Assembly: GCF_056746865.1 (NCBI RefSeq)
Contig: NZ_CM163382.1
Length of the DNA stretch: 64,000 bases
Reading direction: 5' to 3' (one strand)
A model generated the notes under the pieces. That model saw only the letters and a list, made by a program, of their open reading frames with translations. It was not told the origin of the DNA and made no database searches. The position numbers were made by a program, and so were the translations under genes. Positions 11,435-23,986 of this stretch are shown in pieces. Every line of letters starts with the position of its first letter. Within the stretch, counting starts at the first letter, position 1.

Positions 11435-11641
11435 AATGAAGTAACCTGACAGATATAAAAATGTTGATTGAGGCTCAATGCCCGGATGAAGGTTGTCGAG
11501 GGAGCCAGGTGGTTTTTTCTTTTGGGTGATCTCCATTGCTGGATAGTCCCCTCTTTCTCGCTCAAAGCAGACCCTGGAATTGAACGCAGAGGGACTACCT
11601 GACACAATTTTGCACAGTGAAGAGTCGGTCGTTATTAACGT

Positions 11642-12526
11642 TCAGATTTTCAATGTATCAATGACCATCCGCAGGGCGGGGGAGACGTTGCGATGAGGGT
11701 AATAGAGAAACAATCCCTCCATTCGCAGGCTGTAACGCTGCAACACCCTGATAAGCTTACCGTGTTCTAAATCATCCGCGACCAGTTCAACAGGAACATA
11801 GGCCAATCCGAGGCCCAGCCGGGCTGCTTCTGCTTCCATATAGCTGTCGGATAAGGCCCATTGCCCTTCAGGGCGATGAGTGATTTTTTTATCATCCTGA
11901 TTGAGTTCCCACTGGTATACGCTGCCGTCGGCAAACTGATAGGCGATACAGGGATGCGCCTTTAAATCCGCCGGGGTTTGCGGAAAACCATAGCGACGAA
12001 AATGTTCCGGAGTCCCCACAATTGCCATCTCCATATCGGGCGTGATGCGTACCGCGACCATACCCTGGCCGACTTCAGGCCCCAGGCGGACACCTGCATC
12101 GAATCTTTCCTCGATGATATCGACGAACCGGCTCTCATTTATCAGTTCAAGCCGGATATCAGGATATCGCTGTTTAAATACCGCCAGCTTTGGCAGCAGG
12201 CATTTATCAATCGCGTGCTGGCTGGCATTGATACGCACCGTGCCGGAGGGCGTCTCTCGATAGTGCGCCAGCGTGGCAAGCCCAAGATCTAACATTTCAA
12301 ATCCAGATGCCGTCTTCTGGTAGAGCTGCTCGCCTGCTTGTGTCAGCGACAGTTTACGCGTGGTGCGCACTAGCAGCTGGACGCCGAGCCTTTCTTCAAG
12401 CTCGCGAACAGAACGGCTGACTCCTGACTGAGCAAGACCCAGCCGCTGAGCCGCTGCGGTAAAGCTGCCTTCCCGCACCACCTGCATAAACAGGTACAGC
12501 TCGTTGTAGTTCTCCCTTTTCGCCAT
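11642..12526 (-). CDS. LysR-family transcriptional regulator
   Basis: 294 aa; N-terminal HTH (FTAAAQRLGLAQSGVSRSVRELE) and LysR substrate-binding domain; divergent from the hydrolase gene. Confidence 0.88.
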   Translation of the reverse strand: MAKRENYNELYLFMQVVREGSFTAAAQRLGLAQSGVSRSVRELEERLGVQLLVRTTRKLSLTQAGEQLYQKTASGFEMLDLGLATLAHYRETPSGTVRINASQHAIDKCLLPKLAVFKQRYPDIRLELINESRFVDIIEERFDAGVRLGPEVGQGMVAVRITPDMEMAIVGTPEHFRRYGFPQTPADLKAHPCIAYQFADGSVYQWELNQDDKKITHRPEGQWALSDSYMEAEAARLGLGLAYVPVELVADDLEHGKLIRVLQRYSLRMEGLFLYYPHRNVSPALRMVIDTLKI

Positions 12527-12712
12527 TGAAACATCCCCCCTTCATGCCGGCAATCTCCGCATTAATTTATAACAATATGGTATTAATCTTAGCATTAATC
12601 GCCCCCTAATCAGCACTAATTCTGCTCATTATAATGACCCCATCAAAGCAAAGCACCGCAGCGTTTTCCGTCGGAAACCTGTATCTCTCTATTGTTTTTT
12701 ATGGGGATTTTT

Positions 12713-13849
12713 ATGAAAGCCTTCACCCGAACGCTAAAAACCGCGATGCCGACCATGCTGCTTTTCGCATCATTAAGTGGAGTCACGACAATGAGTTATG
12801 CTGATTCAACCAATCCTAATGCCCCTGTGTCCATGACAGATAAATGGGATAAAACGTTCGCCGAGAGCCAGAAAGTCGATCACCGTAAAGTCTCGTTCCC
12901 GAACCGATATGGCATCACCTTAGTGGGCGATCTTTACCTGCCTAAAGACCGTGGCGATCGCAAGCTGGCGGCGATTGCGGTCAGTGGGCCATTTGGCGCG
13001 GTGAAAGAGCAATCCAGCGGCTTGTATGCGCAGACGCTGGCGGAACGAGGGTTTGTTACCCTGGCGTTCGATCCTTCTTACACCGGGGAAAGCGGCGGCT
13101 ATCCGCGAAACGTCGCCTCACCGGATATCAACACTGAAGATTTCAGCGCGGCGGTGGATTTCTTAGGGCTGCAAAAAGAGGTAGATCGCAACCGTATCGG
13201 GCTGCTCGGTATTTGTGGCTGGGGCGGCATGGCGCTGAACGACGTGGCGATGGATACCCGCGTTAAAGCGGTAGCTACCAGCGTGATGTATGACATGAGC
13301 CGGGCGATGGGTCATGGTGTGGGGGATGGCAAAGACCGTTATTCTACCGCCGACCGTCGTGCCGTTCTGCAATATCTGAATGAACAGCGCTGGCAGGATG
13401 CGCAGAGCGGAACGTTCGCTCACGGTGGTCATGATATTAATGTCGATAGCAACGGCAAGGTCAGTGCGGGCGAGCGCATTCTGCCAGAAACGCTGCCGGC
13501 AAATCCTCATCCGGTACTGAAAGAGTTCTTTGACTACTATCGCATGCCGCGCGGCTTCCACGAACGTTCCGTTAACTCTACCGGGGCGTGGACGGCAACG
13601 ATGCCGCTGTCATTTATGAATATGCCGCTGTTGAGCTACGCCAGTGAAATCACCATTCCGACGCTGATTGTGACCGGTGAGAAAGCACATTCACGCTATT
13701 TTGCTGAAGATGCTTACAAGGCGGTTGGCAGTAAAGACAAAGAGTTGGTGGTGGTACCAGGGGCAAATCACGTGGACCTGTACGATAACGTGGCCGGAAA
13801 AATACCTTTCGCGAAGTTCGAACAATTTTTCCAGACCAAACTGAAATAA
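12713..13849 (+). CDS. secreted alpha/beta-fold hydrolase, dienelactone-hydrolase-like (Cys in the nucleophile elbow)
   Basis: 378 aa from ATG 12713; signal-peptide-like N-terminus; GICGWGG elbow; paralog of the 33884-34804 product. Confidence 0.8.
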   Translation: MKAFTRTLKTAMPTMLLFASLSGVTTMSYADSTNPNAPVSMTDKWDKTFAESQKVDHRKVSFPNRYGITLVGDLYLPKDRGDRKLAAIAVSGPFGAVKEQSSGLYAQTLAERGFVTLAFDPSYTGESGGYPRNVASPDINTEDFSAAVDFLGLQKEVDRNRIGLLGICGWGGMALNDVAMDTRVKAVATSVMYDMSRAMGHGVGDGKDRYSTADRRAVLQYLNEQRWQDAQSGTFAHGGHDINVDSNGKVSAGERILPETLPANPHPVLKEFFDYYRMPRGFHERSVNSTGAWTATMPLSFMNMPLLSYASEITIPTLIVTGEKAHSRYFAEDAYKAVGSKDKELVVVPGANHVDLYDNVAGKIPFAKFEQFFQTKLK

Positions 13850-13870
13850 AACCTCTCCTGAATTGATGCA

Positions 13871-13900
13871 AAGCCACCGGCCATAGGCTGGTGGCTTTTA
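13871..13900 (+). terminator. terminator-like hairpin after the hydrolase gene
   Basis: aagccaccgg...ctggtggctt followed by ttat. Confidence 0.45.
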
Positions 13901-13924
13901 TCCTGATCTTTGTGAAATTTCACT

Positions 13925-15118
13925 ATGTCGACACTAAGCCAAACACTATCACCTCATCATCAGCGCGCATACTGGGGCGGTATTTTTGCCATGACCCTGT
14001 GCGTGTTTGTGCTGATTGCTTCTGAATTTATGCCCGTCAGCCTGCTCACGCCGATTACCCGCGATTTAGGCGTGACGGAGGGGCTTGCAGGGCAGGGGAT
14101 TGCTATCTCCGGCGCGCAGGCGGTTCTGACCAGCCTGACGCTTTCAACGCTAGCTGGAAAGATGAATCGTAAGTTCCTGCTGCTGGGGATGACGGTTCTG
14201 ATGGCCGTATCGGGGCTTATTATTGCGCTGGCTTCCAGTTATCTGATGTATATGGTCGGTCGTGCGATGATTGGTGTGGCTATTGGCGGATTCTGGTCGA
14301 TGTCAGCGGCAACGGCGATTCGTCTGGTGCCGCAGCATCAGGTCACGCGTGCGCTGGCAATTTTCAACGCCGGTAATGCGCTGGCGACGGTCGTGGCCGC
14401 ACCGCTGGGAAGCTATCTGGGGGCTACGGTCGGATGGCGAGGCGCTTTCTTGTGCCTGGTGCCCATCGCGGTTGTCGCCTTTATCTGGCAGTGCATCAGC
14501 CTGCCAAGCATGGATGCGAATAAAAGCCACACTTCATGTGGCGCGGTATTCCGCTTATTTAGCCGCCGCATGGTTGTGGTCGGCATGATAGCTTGTGGCC
14601 TGTTTTTCATGGGGCAGTTTGCGCTATTCACCTATGTGCGCCCGTTTCTGGAGTCGGTGACACGGGTTAATTCCTTAGGCTTGTCGTCGATTTTGCTGAT
14701 TATCGGCGTGGCCGGTTTTATTGGCACGCTGGTTGTTTCGGCATTTCTCAACAGAAAATTCTACCCCACGCTGATGGCCATACCCGGACTGATGGCCGTC
14801 ATTGCCATCGGTCTGATGCTTACCGGGCATCACGTCTGGACGGTCTCGCTGCTGTTAGGACTCTGGGGCATGCTGGCCACCGCCGCGCCAACCGGATGGT
14901 GGACATGGATTGCGCGTACGTTGCCTGACAACGCCGAAGCTGGAGGCGGGCTCATGGTCGCGGTGATTCAGCTCGCCATCGCCCTTGGATCAACGGCAGG
15001 AGGCATTGTGTTTGACCGCCTTGGCTGGCAGAGCACGTTTGCTATGAGTAGCGTGCTGCTCCTTTGCGCTGGCGTACTGACCTTTGTTACCGCACGCCAG
15101 AAGGCCGGTGCGCTTTAG
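13925..15118 (+). CDS. MFS-family transporter
   Basis: 397 aa, multiple hydrophobic helices, MFS-like pattern. Confidence 0.85.
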   Translation: MSTLSQTLSPHHQRAYWGGIFAMTLCVFVLIASEFMPVSLLTPITRDLGVTEGLAGQGIAISGAQAVLTSLTLSTLAGKMNRKFLLLGMTVLMAVSGLIIALASSYLMYMVGRAMIGVAIGGFWSMSAATAIRLVPQHQVTRALAIFNAGNALATVVAAPLGSYLGATVGWRGAFLCLVPIAVVAFIWQCISLPSMDANKSHTSCGAVFRLFSRRMVVVGMIACGLFFMGQFALFTYVRPFLESVTRVNSLGLSSILLIIGVAGFIGTLVVSAFLNRKFYPTLMAIPGLMAVIAIGLMLTGHHVWTVSLLLGLWGMLATAAPTGWWTWIARTLPDNAEAGGGLMVAVIQLAIALGSTAGGIVFDRLGWQSTFAMSSVLLLCAGVLTFVTARQKAGAL

Positions 15119-15162
15119 TCCGGCGAGGGCGCGCGTTGCTGAATAAGTTACACAAGGCGATG

Positions 15163-15192
15163 AGCGCCCACTATGGGTTGGGCGCTCTTTTA
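15163..15192 (+). terminator. terminator hairpin between convergent MFS gene and paoD
   Basis: 8 bp stem agcgccca/tgggcgct followed by cttttaaa. Confidence 0.5.
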
Positions 15193-15298
15193 AACGATTT
15201 AGGTGATTTTCTAAAACGGCTACTGCAGATTTTTTCTCTTAATTTATGGGTATTTCCCCCGGAGGCGAGAAAGCGCTCTCCACGCCCGGCCGCAAGGA

Positions 15299-16255
15299 TC
15301 AGGACGACGGGGGCAGGCATGAATCCTCATCCTGATGGAGACGTACAGAGGCGACTTCTGCCAGCACGGAGAGTGCCAGAGTATGCGCATCCCGGGCTTT
15401 GGGGAATATCCCGACGGGTGCCCGGATTTGCGCTGTCTCCTCCCTGGACCATCCCAGCTCGTGGAGCTTTTGCAGACGTAAAGTGTGGGTTCGATAGCTG
15501 CCCAATGCGCCGAGATAAAAGGGTTTTGCTTCTCGCGCGGCCTGCAACACTGGCAGCTCCCGGTTGAGATCATGGCACAGCAAAATGACCGCCGTATCGG
15601 TATCGATCTGAGCGCTGGCTGAGGCCGGAAAAAGATCGAAGATATGGCTGTCATAGCCTGTGGCTGCTGCAAGACTCGCGGTTGCCTGCGCCTCAAGAGA
15701 ACGTCCGTAAATCATCAGACTGACGCATGGCCTGAACCCCACCTCAAAGCCATTGAGATTCCAGCCCGTCCGGGTTTGCGTGGGCAGGCACACCAGCGAT
15801 TGAGCTTGCGGATCGTAGCGCAGACCCGCCGGTTTTCTCTGTTCCAGGCGGTTCAGCACGGCGAGCAGAGGCTGTGCCGAGCGTAGTTTATGGAGCGTCA
15901 GCGTGATCCCACCGCCGCAGGGCAGAACGATGTCAAACCACGGCGAACCTTCGCCATAGCAAATTTCGCGATCGCGGCCTGAGCCCATCACCTCCAGCGC
16001 TTCAAAAGCGGCAGCGGCCTCCACGCAGCCGCCAGAGACAAAACCGCAGTAACGGCCATCTTCGCGCACCACCATCTGCGCCCCGAGCGGGCGCGCCGCG
16101 CCGCCGCGTATCTCCACCAGCGTCACCAGCACCGCTCCTTTACCGGACATTAGCGCCTCTACGGCGAAGCGCAGAATGGTCCGGTGGTCATCGGTGAGAA
16201 ACGCCTGCTCTGGCTTATGCCAGTGCTCGTCTTTGTCAAAAAGCGAGTATGACAT
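15299..16255 (-). CDS. paoD: molybdenum cofactor insertion chaperone (XdhC family) PaoD
   Basis: 318 aa; last gene of the pao cluster. Confidence 0.88.
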   Translation of the reverse strand: MSYSLFDKDEHWHKPEQAFLTDDHRTILRFAVEALMSGKGAVLVTLVEIRGGAARPLGAQMVVREDGRYCGFVSGGCVEAAAAFEALEVMGSGRDREICYGEGSPWFDIVLPCGGGITLTLHKLRSAQPLLAVLNRLEQRKPAGLRYDPQAQSLVCLPTQTRTGWNLNGFEVGFRPCVSLMIYGRSLEAQATASLAAATGYDSHIFDLFPASASAQIDTDTAVILLCHDLNRELPVLQAAREAKPFYLGALGSYRTHTLRLQKLHELGWSREETAQIRAPVGIFPKARDAHTLALSVLAEVASVRLHQDEDSCLPPSS

Positions 16256-16264
16256 TGTTCCTCC

Positions 16265-18463
16265 TTAAACCACATCCGGCAGTTTATCGAGCAGCTTATC
16301 CAGAGTGATGGGATAATCCCGTACCCGAATACCGGTGGCGTTATACACCGCGTTGGCGATAGCCGCGCTCACGCCGCACAGGCCCAGCTCACCGACACCT
16401 TTGGCCTTCATCGGGGAGGAGATGGGGTCGGTATCATCCAGGAAAATCACCTCCTGTTTTGGGATATCCGCATGAACCGGCACCTCATACCCCGCCATAT
16501 CGTGATTAACGAAGTAGCCCAAACGGTCATCCACCGCCAGCTCCTCCATCAGTGCCGCGCCCATGCCCATAGTCATTGCGCCAATGACCTGGCTGCGTGC
16601 GGTTTTCGGATTCAGGATGCGTACTGCAGCACACACAGCGAGCATACGCCGGACCCGAACTTCTCCCGTCGCGCTATGCACGCCGACCTCCACAAAATGC
16701 CCGGCAAAGGTCGATTGCTGGTACTCCTTGCTCAGTGTTCCGAATTCAATGCTCTCTTCCGCTGTCAGCCTGCCGCCTGCGGTGGCCTCATGTAGCGTGG
16801 CGCTTCGGGTACCGTTGGTAATCTTGCCGTCGGCAAACTGCGACTGCCCAGGATCAAACCCGACTGCCGAGGCAATCATTTCGCGAAGTTTCACACAGGC
16901 GGCGTAAACGCCGGAGGTGGAGGTATTCGCGCCCCATTGTCCACCAGAACCCGCAGAAACCGGGAAACTGGAATCGCCGAGGTGAACCGCAACCTGCTCC
17001 AGCGGTACGCCAAGCATTTCCGCTGCCGTCTGAGCCAGAATTGTGTAGCTGCCGGTGCCAATATCGGTCATGTCCGTTTCCACGGTAACGGTGCCGTTTT
17101 GTTCTAGGTGAACCCGAGCACCCGATTTTTCCAGCAGATTATTGCGAAAGCCCGCCGCAACACCGTGGCCGACTAGCCACTCCCCGTCGCGTACCTGTCC
17201 GGGTGTGGCGTTGCGCTGCTTCCAGCCAAATTTATCCGCTCCGGTGCGCAAGCACTCAATAAGCTGACGGCGAGAGAAGCGGCGCGTCGGGTCGGCGGGG
17301 TCAACCTGAGTGTCATTCAGGATGCGAAACTCGACGGGATCGATGCCTGCTTTTTCCGCCAGTTCATCGATCGCGATTTCGAGCGCCATCAGACCGGGGG
17401 CTTCGCCGGGCGCACGCATGGCGTTCCCTTCCGGCAAATCAAGCGTGGCGAGCCGCAGGCCGGTATGACGATTCGCCCCTGCGTAGAGTAATTCGCTTTG
17501 CTGTACCGCCGTTTCCGGCGTGCCGCCGGGCAGGTTTCCGGACCAGCTTTCATGTGAGATAGCAGTGATTTTCCCGCTCTGGTCGGCACCGATACGCAGG
17601 TGCTGAAGGGTGGCGGGGCGGTGCGTTGTGTTATTGGGAATAGTGGGGCGGGGGAGCATCACTTTAACCGGACGTTTCACCGCACGGGCGGCGAGGGCCG
17701 CCAGCAGCGCATCGCTTCTCAGGAACAGCTTGCCGCCAAACCCTCCGCCGATATACGGGGAGATAATACGCACATTCTCCACGGGCACTTTCAGCGTTTT
17801 TGCCAGATCGGTGCGGCACCAGTCAATCATCTGATTTGAGGTCCAGAGGGTAAGCTTATTTCCATCCCAGACGGCCATCGAGGCATGCGGCTCCATCGCC
17901 ATATGGCTCTGGTCCGGGGTCGTGTAGGTAGCATCAATCTTCACCGCAGCGGAGGTGAAAGCCCCGTCAAAGTCACCAACATTTTTATCGGGCGTGTCTT
18001 CCGGCGGCTGACTGACGGCCTGTTTCTCGTCCGCCAGGGAGTAAGCTCCTTTATTACGGCGATAGTGCGCCTGCACCAGCGAGGCCGCCGCTCGTGCCTG
18101 TTCGAAGGTCTCGGCCACTACCAGCGCAATGGCCTGATGATAGTGCTCAATAGTGGGGCCGGCTAACAGCCTGGCGGTGTTTTTGTCGCCTTTGCCGAGT
18201 GCCCCGGCGTTACTGGCGGTAATGACAGCCAGTACGCCCGGCGCTTTTTGCGCGGCGTCCGTATCAAGGGCGGTGAGGCATCCTTTGGCAATGGCGGAAC
18301 CGACGATATAACCATAGGCGGCGTTGGGAGCTTCTTCATACCATTCGTAGGCGTAGCGTGCCGTGCCGGTAGTTTTCAGCGGTCCGTCGATGCGGTCATG
18401 GGGACGACCGACAACCTTCAGCTGATCGATCGGGTTTTCCCCTGCGGGTTTATCAAATTTCAT
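16265..18463 (-). CDS. paoC: aldehyde oxidoreductase molybdopterin-binding subunit PaoC
   Basis: 732 aa xanthine-dehydrogenase-family large subunit; start overlaps paoB stop by 4 nt. Confidence 0.92.
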   Translation of the reverse strand: MKFDKPAGENPIDQLKVVGRPHDRIDGPLKTTGTARYAYEWYEEAPNAAYGYIVGSAIAKGCLTALDTDAAQKAPGVLAVITASNAGALGKGDKNTARLLAGPTIEHYHQAIALVVAETFEQARAAASLVQAHYRRNKGAYSLADEKQAVSQPPEDTPDKNVGDFDGAFTSAAVKIDATYTTPDQSHMAMEPHASMAVWDGNKLTLWTSNQMIDWCRTDLAKTLKVPVENVRIISPYIGGGFGGKLFLRSDALLAALAARAVKRPVKVMLPRPTIPNNTTHRPATLQHLRIGADQSGKITAISHESWSGNLPGGTPETAVQQSELLYAGANRHTGLRLATLDLPEGNAMRAPGEAPGLMALEIAIDELAEKAGIDPVEFRILNDTQVDPADPTRRFSRRQLIECLRTGADKFGWKQRNATPGQVRDGEWLVGHGVAAGFRNNLLEKSGARVHLEQNGTVTVETDMTDIGTGSYTILAQTAAEMLGVPLEQVAVHLGDSSFPVSAGSGGQWGANTSTSGVYAACVKLREMIASAVGFDPGQSQFADGKITNGTRSATLHEATAGGRLTAEESIEFGTLSKEYQQSTFAGHFVEVGVHSATGEVRVRRMLAVCAAVRILNPKTARSQVIGAMTMGMGAALMEELAVDDRLGYFVNHDMAGYEVPVHADIPKQEVIFLDDTDPISSPMKAKGVGELGLCGVSAAIANAVYNATGIRVRDYPITLDKLLDKLPDVV

Positions 18464-19416
18464 GCCTGTGCCCTCGCTTCAGCCAGTACGGAGGCAAGCG
18501 TTCGCTTCGCCAACAGGAGTTTAAAGGTGTTTTCAGCGGTGGGATGGGCGCTGGCGAACAGCGCGTCATACACGGCCTGCGCCCCCTGGGATAGCTGAGC
18601 ATTCGCAGCCTCAATGCGCCAGGGCTTATGTGCTACTCCGCCCAGCGCGACGCGCCCGCTGCCGTCAGGCTGAATAATCGCCGCGACCGATACCAGGGCA
18701 AAGGCGTAGGAGGCGCGATCGCGCACCTTACGGTAAATATGTTTTCCGCCGAGCGGCGGAGGTAACGTCACCGCAACGATAAGCTCACCGGGAAGCAGGG
18801 CGGTTTCAATGTGCGGCGTTTTCCCCGGTGGGTGATAAAAATCAGCCAGTGTGATACTGCGAGTCTTTCCCTCCGGCGTGATGGTTTCCACCACCGCATC
18901 CAGCAACCGCATTGCGACCGCCATATCGCTCGGATGGGTGGCAATGCAGGCTTCGCTTACGCCTACCACCGCGTGCTGACGGCTAAAGCCTTCAAGTGCC
19001 GCGCAGCCGCTCCCGGGCAGGCGCTTATTGCAGGGCTGATTGGTGTCGTAAAAATAGGGGCAGCGCGTGCGCTGGAGCAGATTACCTGCGGTGGTTGCCT
19101 GATTACGTAACTGACCAGACGCGCCAGCGAGCAGGGCGCGGGAGAGTACCGCGTAATCACGACGCACGCGCTCGTGAGCCGCCAGGTCGGTGTTCCGTAC
19201 CAGTGCGCCGATGCGCAGCCCACCCGCGTCGGTCACTTCAATCTTATCGAGCCCGAGGCCGTTCACATCGATAAGGTGGGTGGGCGTTTCAATTTCCAGC
19301 TTCATCAGGTCCAGCAGATTGGTCCCGCCCGCGATAAATTTTGCGCCGGGTACGCGCTGAGCGCTAAGTGCCGCCTCGGCCGGGGTGTTCACTCGTTCAT
19401 AGGTAAACGCCTTCAT
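18460..19416 (-). CDS. paoB: aldehyde oxidoreductase FAD-binding subunit PaoB
   Basis: 318 aa; overlaps the paoA stop. Confidence 0.92.
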   Translation of the reverse strand: MKAFTYERVNTPAEAALSAQRVPGAKFIAGGTNLLDLMKLEIETPTHLIDVNGLGLDKIEVTDAGGLRIGALVRNTDLAAHERVRRDYAVLSRALLAGASGQLRNQATTAGNLLQRTRCPYFYDTNQPCNKRLPGSGCAALEGFSRQHAVVGVSEACIATHPSDMAVAMRLLDAVVETITPEGKTRSITLADFYHPPGKTPHIETALLPGELIVAVTLPPPLGGKHIYRKVRDRASYAFALVSVAAIIQPDGSGRVALGGVAHKPWRIEAANAQLSQGAQAVYDALFASAHPTAENTFKLLLAKRTLASVLAEARAQA

Positions 19417-19903
19417 GATTTTATCTCCCCCGCAGCGTCTTCAATGGCGGCAAGGATGTTAGCGTATGCTCCACAGCGACAGATGTTGCCGCTCATACGT
19501 TCACGGATCTCATCGGCAGTTCTTTCTGGAGGGGAAACCAAATCGACCGTGACGTGACTGGGAATGCCGTCCTGAATCTCTTTTAGCACCGCTACTGATG
19601 AGCAAATTTGCCCGGAGGTGCAGTAGCCGCACTGGAAGCCATCATGCTTGATAAAGGCCGCCTGCATGGGGTGAAGATTCTCTGGTGAACCCAGGCCTTC
19701 AATGGTGGTGATCTCGGCCCCCTGATGCATGACTGCAAGCGTCAGGCAGGCATTAAGCCTGCGACCATTGACCAGCACGGTACAGGCTCCGCACTGTCCG
19801 TGATCGCAACCTTTCTTGGTACCGAACAGATGCAGATTTTCACGCAAAGCGTCCAGTAGCGTGGTTCGGGTATCCACCTCAAGCTGCTCGGTTTTGCCGT
19901 TCA

Positions 19904-21162
<1,259 letters not shown>

Positions 21163-21769
21163 CACCTTAAGTGTCAGGGGCATTATCTCTGGCGCGGGTG
21201 TAGCTGCCGGAACGCTTGCTGCAAGCGTAGAATGAGGATAAACCACGGCGGTCGCCGCCGTTGCGGCGCTGACTTTAATCAGATCGCGACGGGTCAAACT
21301 AAAATCGTGCGGCTCGTGCTTCCCAACCCGATTATCTTCGGGGTATTCGCCTTGGTTGCTCATACCAGGCCTCCGGTATTCTAAAGGGGAAAATAAGAGA
21401 GCGTTGCGAGAGTGCTGATGCTTTTTTAAACGTTAAGCATAGTCGGTGAGAGCAGGAGGATTATTCTTAAAACGCGAATGCAGCTATGAGCCCGGCTAAT
21501 TAATTCATATTCGCCGATGACGGGAGCTCGTTTATTGCTTTAGTTGTGCGATGCAAAAACCGATAAGGAAACCTGTGATTGTCAGCTCTGCATCACCCTA
21601 CAAATCTTTGTCACTTCTAACATAAAAATAGGGAGAAATGATGGTGCTTATATTCATTGGCGATTAGGAAACTATCTTGTTATACAAAACAATACAGTTC
21701 TTTACATTTGTCTTGTTTTATGAATACTCCTGAAGAGGTGTATAACATAATGGTACAAGCAGGGTAGAT

Positions 21770-22384
21770 ATGAATATATTTGAACAAACTCCACCGAACC
21801 GCAGACGTTATGGTCTTGCTGCATTCATTGGGCTGATTGCTGGCGTTGTTTCCGCATTTGTGAAGTGGGGTGCTGAAGTTCCATTGCCGCCACGTAGCCC
21901 GGTGGATATGTTTAATGCAGCGTGTGGCCCGGAATCATTAATCAGGGCTGCTGGGCAAATTGATTGCTCCCGTAATTTTCTCAATCCTCCGTATATTTTT
22001 CTTCGAGACTGGCTAGGGCTGACAGATCCCAATGCGGCTGTTTATACCTTTGCCGGGCATGTCTTTAACTGGGTTGGCGTTACGCACATTATCTTTTCGA
22101 TAGTGTTTGCTGTCGGTTATTGTGTGGTTGCTGAAGTATTTCCAAAAATTAAACTCTGGCAGGGCTTACTGGCAGGTGCTTTAGCCCAACTTTTTGTTCA
22201 TATGATTTCATTCCCTCTCATGGGACTGACGCCACCTCTGTTTGATCTCCCGTGGTATGAGAATGTTTCTGAAATTTTTGGACATTTAGTCTGGTTCTGG
22301 TCCATTGAAATTATTCGCAGAGATTTACGAAACAGAATTACTCATGAGCCAGACCCTGAGATCCCTTTAGGCTCAAACAGATAA
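21770..22384 (+). CDS. yagU: inner membrane protein YagU (DUF1440)
   Basis: 204 aa, hydrophobic; recognised sequence and position. Confidence 0.85.
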
Positions 22385-22397
22385 TGCATTGAATAAT

Positions 22398-22426
22398 AAA
22401 AATGGCGCAAATGCAGCGCCATTTTT
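22398..22426 (+). terminator. rho-independent terminator of yagU
   Basis: aaaaatggcgc-aaatgca-gcgccattttt. Confidence 0.65.
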
Positions 22427-22573
22427 ATAGGTTAAAAACATTGCTTTTTACTTTCTGAAGCAGATAGCCAGTGAGTACATCGCGCTACTTCAGGATGCTG
22501 TAGATCCGGAGAACACTATAGAGGAAGAGGCATTGTTGCTGGCAGATGGAAGAAGTTTCGGGTTTTGTTATCC

Positions 22574-22612
22574 CTGAAAAACGAAGCCCCGCGGTTATAG
22601 CTGGCGGGGCAG
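22574..22612 (-). terminator. terminator-like hairpin downstream of ykgJ
   Basis: gccccgc...gcggggc stem followed on the minus strand by a T-run. Confidence 0.45.
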
Positions 22613-22632
22613 TGCAATTAATTATTGCATAT

Positions 22633-22962
22633 TTATAACGGTGTCAGCCCGTATTTAGCTCTTGCACGATTGCAAGCCTCATTGACGACTCCGTTCTCAC
22701 CAGACATGGCGAATTCTCTGCATGTGGACGATCGATTTTTATATATCGTGCAGCAGGCATTTTTGCCCGGGGTTCCTGCAAGGGCAATACATCGGGGGTT
22801 TTTCTGATTGGTACCGCTCATGCATCGGTGAAAAGGGGATATTTGTTCAGTGAGCCTGGCGGGAATGGTACCGCCAGCATCGTCGGCTTCGGCCCAGTAA
22901 AAAGAGACGCGGAAAAATGCACAACAGGCACCACACGTCATGCATGGATTCAGATTGCTCAT
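22633..22962 (-). CDS. ykgJ: YkgJ-family cysteine-cluster protein
   Basis: 109 aa, multiple Cys ([10 protein letters not shown]...CTIY...C). Confidence 0.8.
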
Positions 22963-23275
22963 AATTCACCAGTACAGCTATAAATCGTAAAGAGAACAGC
23001 GGTACATCGTATGTAAGAACGTACCGCGGTTGGCTGGGGAACTTTCGATAGTGTGAGTATTGAATGATTTCCAGCCGTTACCGATTTTACGTACTAATTC
23101 GTGAATAAACCACTCGTTAGCAGGCTGCCTGGCACCTTTCCGTGTCTCCTGAACACTATGGTGTACATATGAGAAAGCCCATCATTACAGGTGACATTGA
23201 CGATCGCTTCCACATCATTTAAACGATTATTTGAGTCTCTGAGGTGGAATTCTTCCCTCGACCGATGGATAAGTC

Positions 23276-23986
23276 TTAGTCCGCCGAAGGGGGCTTAGCC
23301 GGACAGGAATCGCTAATCTTAATGAATTTGTCGTTATAGACCAGATAATGATTCCCCGGCTGACGTAACTCAGGCTGATGAACCACGTCTCCCGGACGTA
23401 GATACCAGGCATCGCCTTCCTCTTCGGTCGAATCACATCCTGGCTTAATCAGTAGCTTAAACCATGTGTTGCCAGTGTTACTTACCGTTCCTGTCACCTT
23501 GTCGAAGGACCATTTAAACTGAACCTGACGAGGTCGTACTACCAGAATGGTATCCATCACCACCACCGGCTCCGTGCTAACCTCGCCGCCGGTTGGGCTG
23601 CGTCTTGTCTGGTTGCGAGTGGGGACCTCGCGAAATGAGACCCGGTAGTAGCGCTCGCGGTTATCCCGTGGACCATGATAGTAAAATTTAAAATACTCGC
23701 TCTCACCAGCCTGCAACGCCAGCTGGCGGGGGGCGAAAAGCAGTTCACCATCCACCGGTCGGGTGCGCAATTCACTGCTGCCCGGGCTATCGATAGCACT
23801 GATGGCAATACGGTATATCCGTGCGCTTTTGTTGTTATTCACTACACGTTTGCTGACAAAGTCAGTCTCGGACGGCAGCGAAAATGTCAGATTGCCGACC
23901 GAAATCGCCTGTGTCAAAGGTGCCGCCAGCATACAGACCGCTGTCAGCAGGGCCTTAGTTAATGTTACGCCACGTCGCCTGAACAT
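23276..23986 (-). CDS. ecpE: E. coli common pilus chaperone EcpE
   Basis: 236 aa from internal ATG with signal peptide; last gene of the ecp operon; overlaps ecpD end. Confidence 0.82.
   Translation of the reverse strand: MFRRRGVTLTKALLTAVCMLAAPLTQAISVGNLTFSLPSETDFVSKRVVNNNKSARIYRIAISAIDSPGSSELRTRPVDGELLFAPRQLALQAGESEYFKFYYHGPRDNRERYYRVSFREVPTRNQTRRSPTGGEVSTEPVVVMDTILVVRPRQVQFKWSFDKVTGTVSNTGNTWFKLLIKPGCDSTEEEGDAWYLRPGDVVHQPELRQPGNHYLVYNDKFIKISDSCPAKPPSAD

Noticed and set aside
15244-15696. 150 aa and 167 aa ORFs around the paoD 3' end
   Set aside because: Overlap paoD in other frames in a GC-rich stretch; Arg/Pro-rich translations typical of spurious ORFs.
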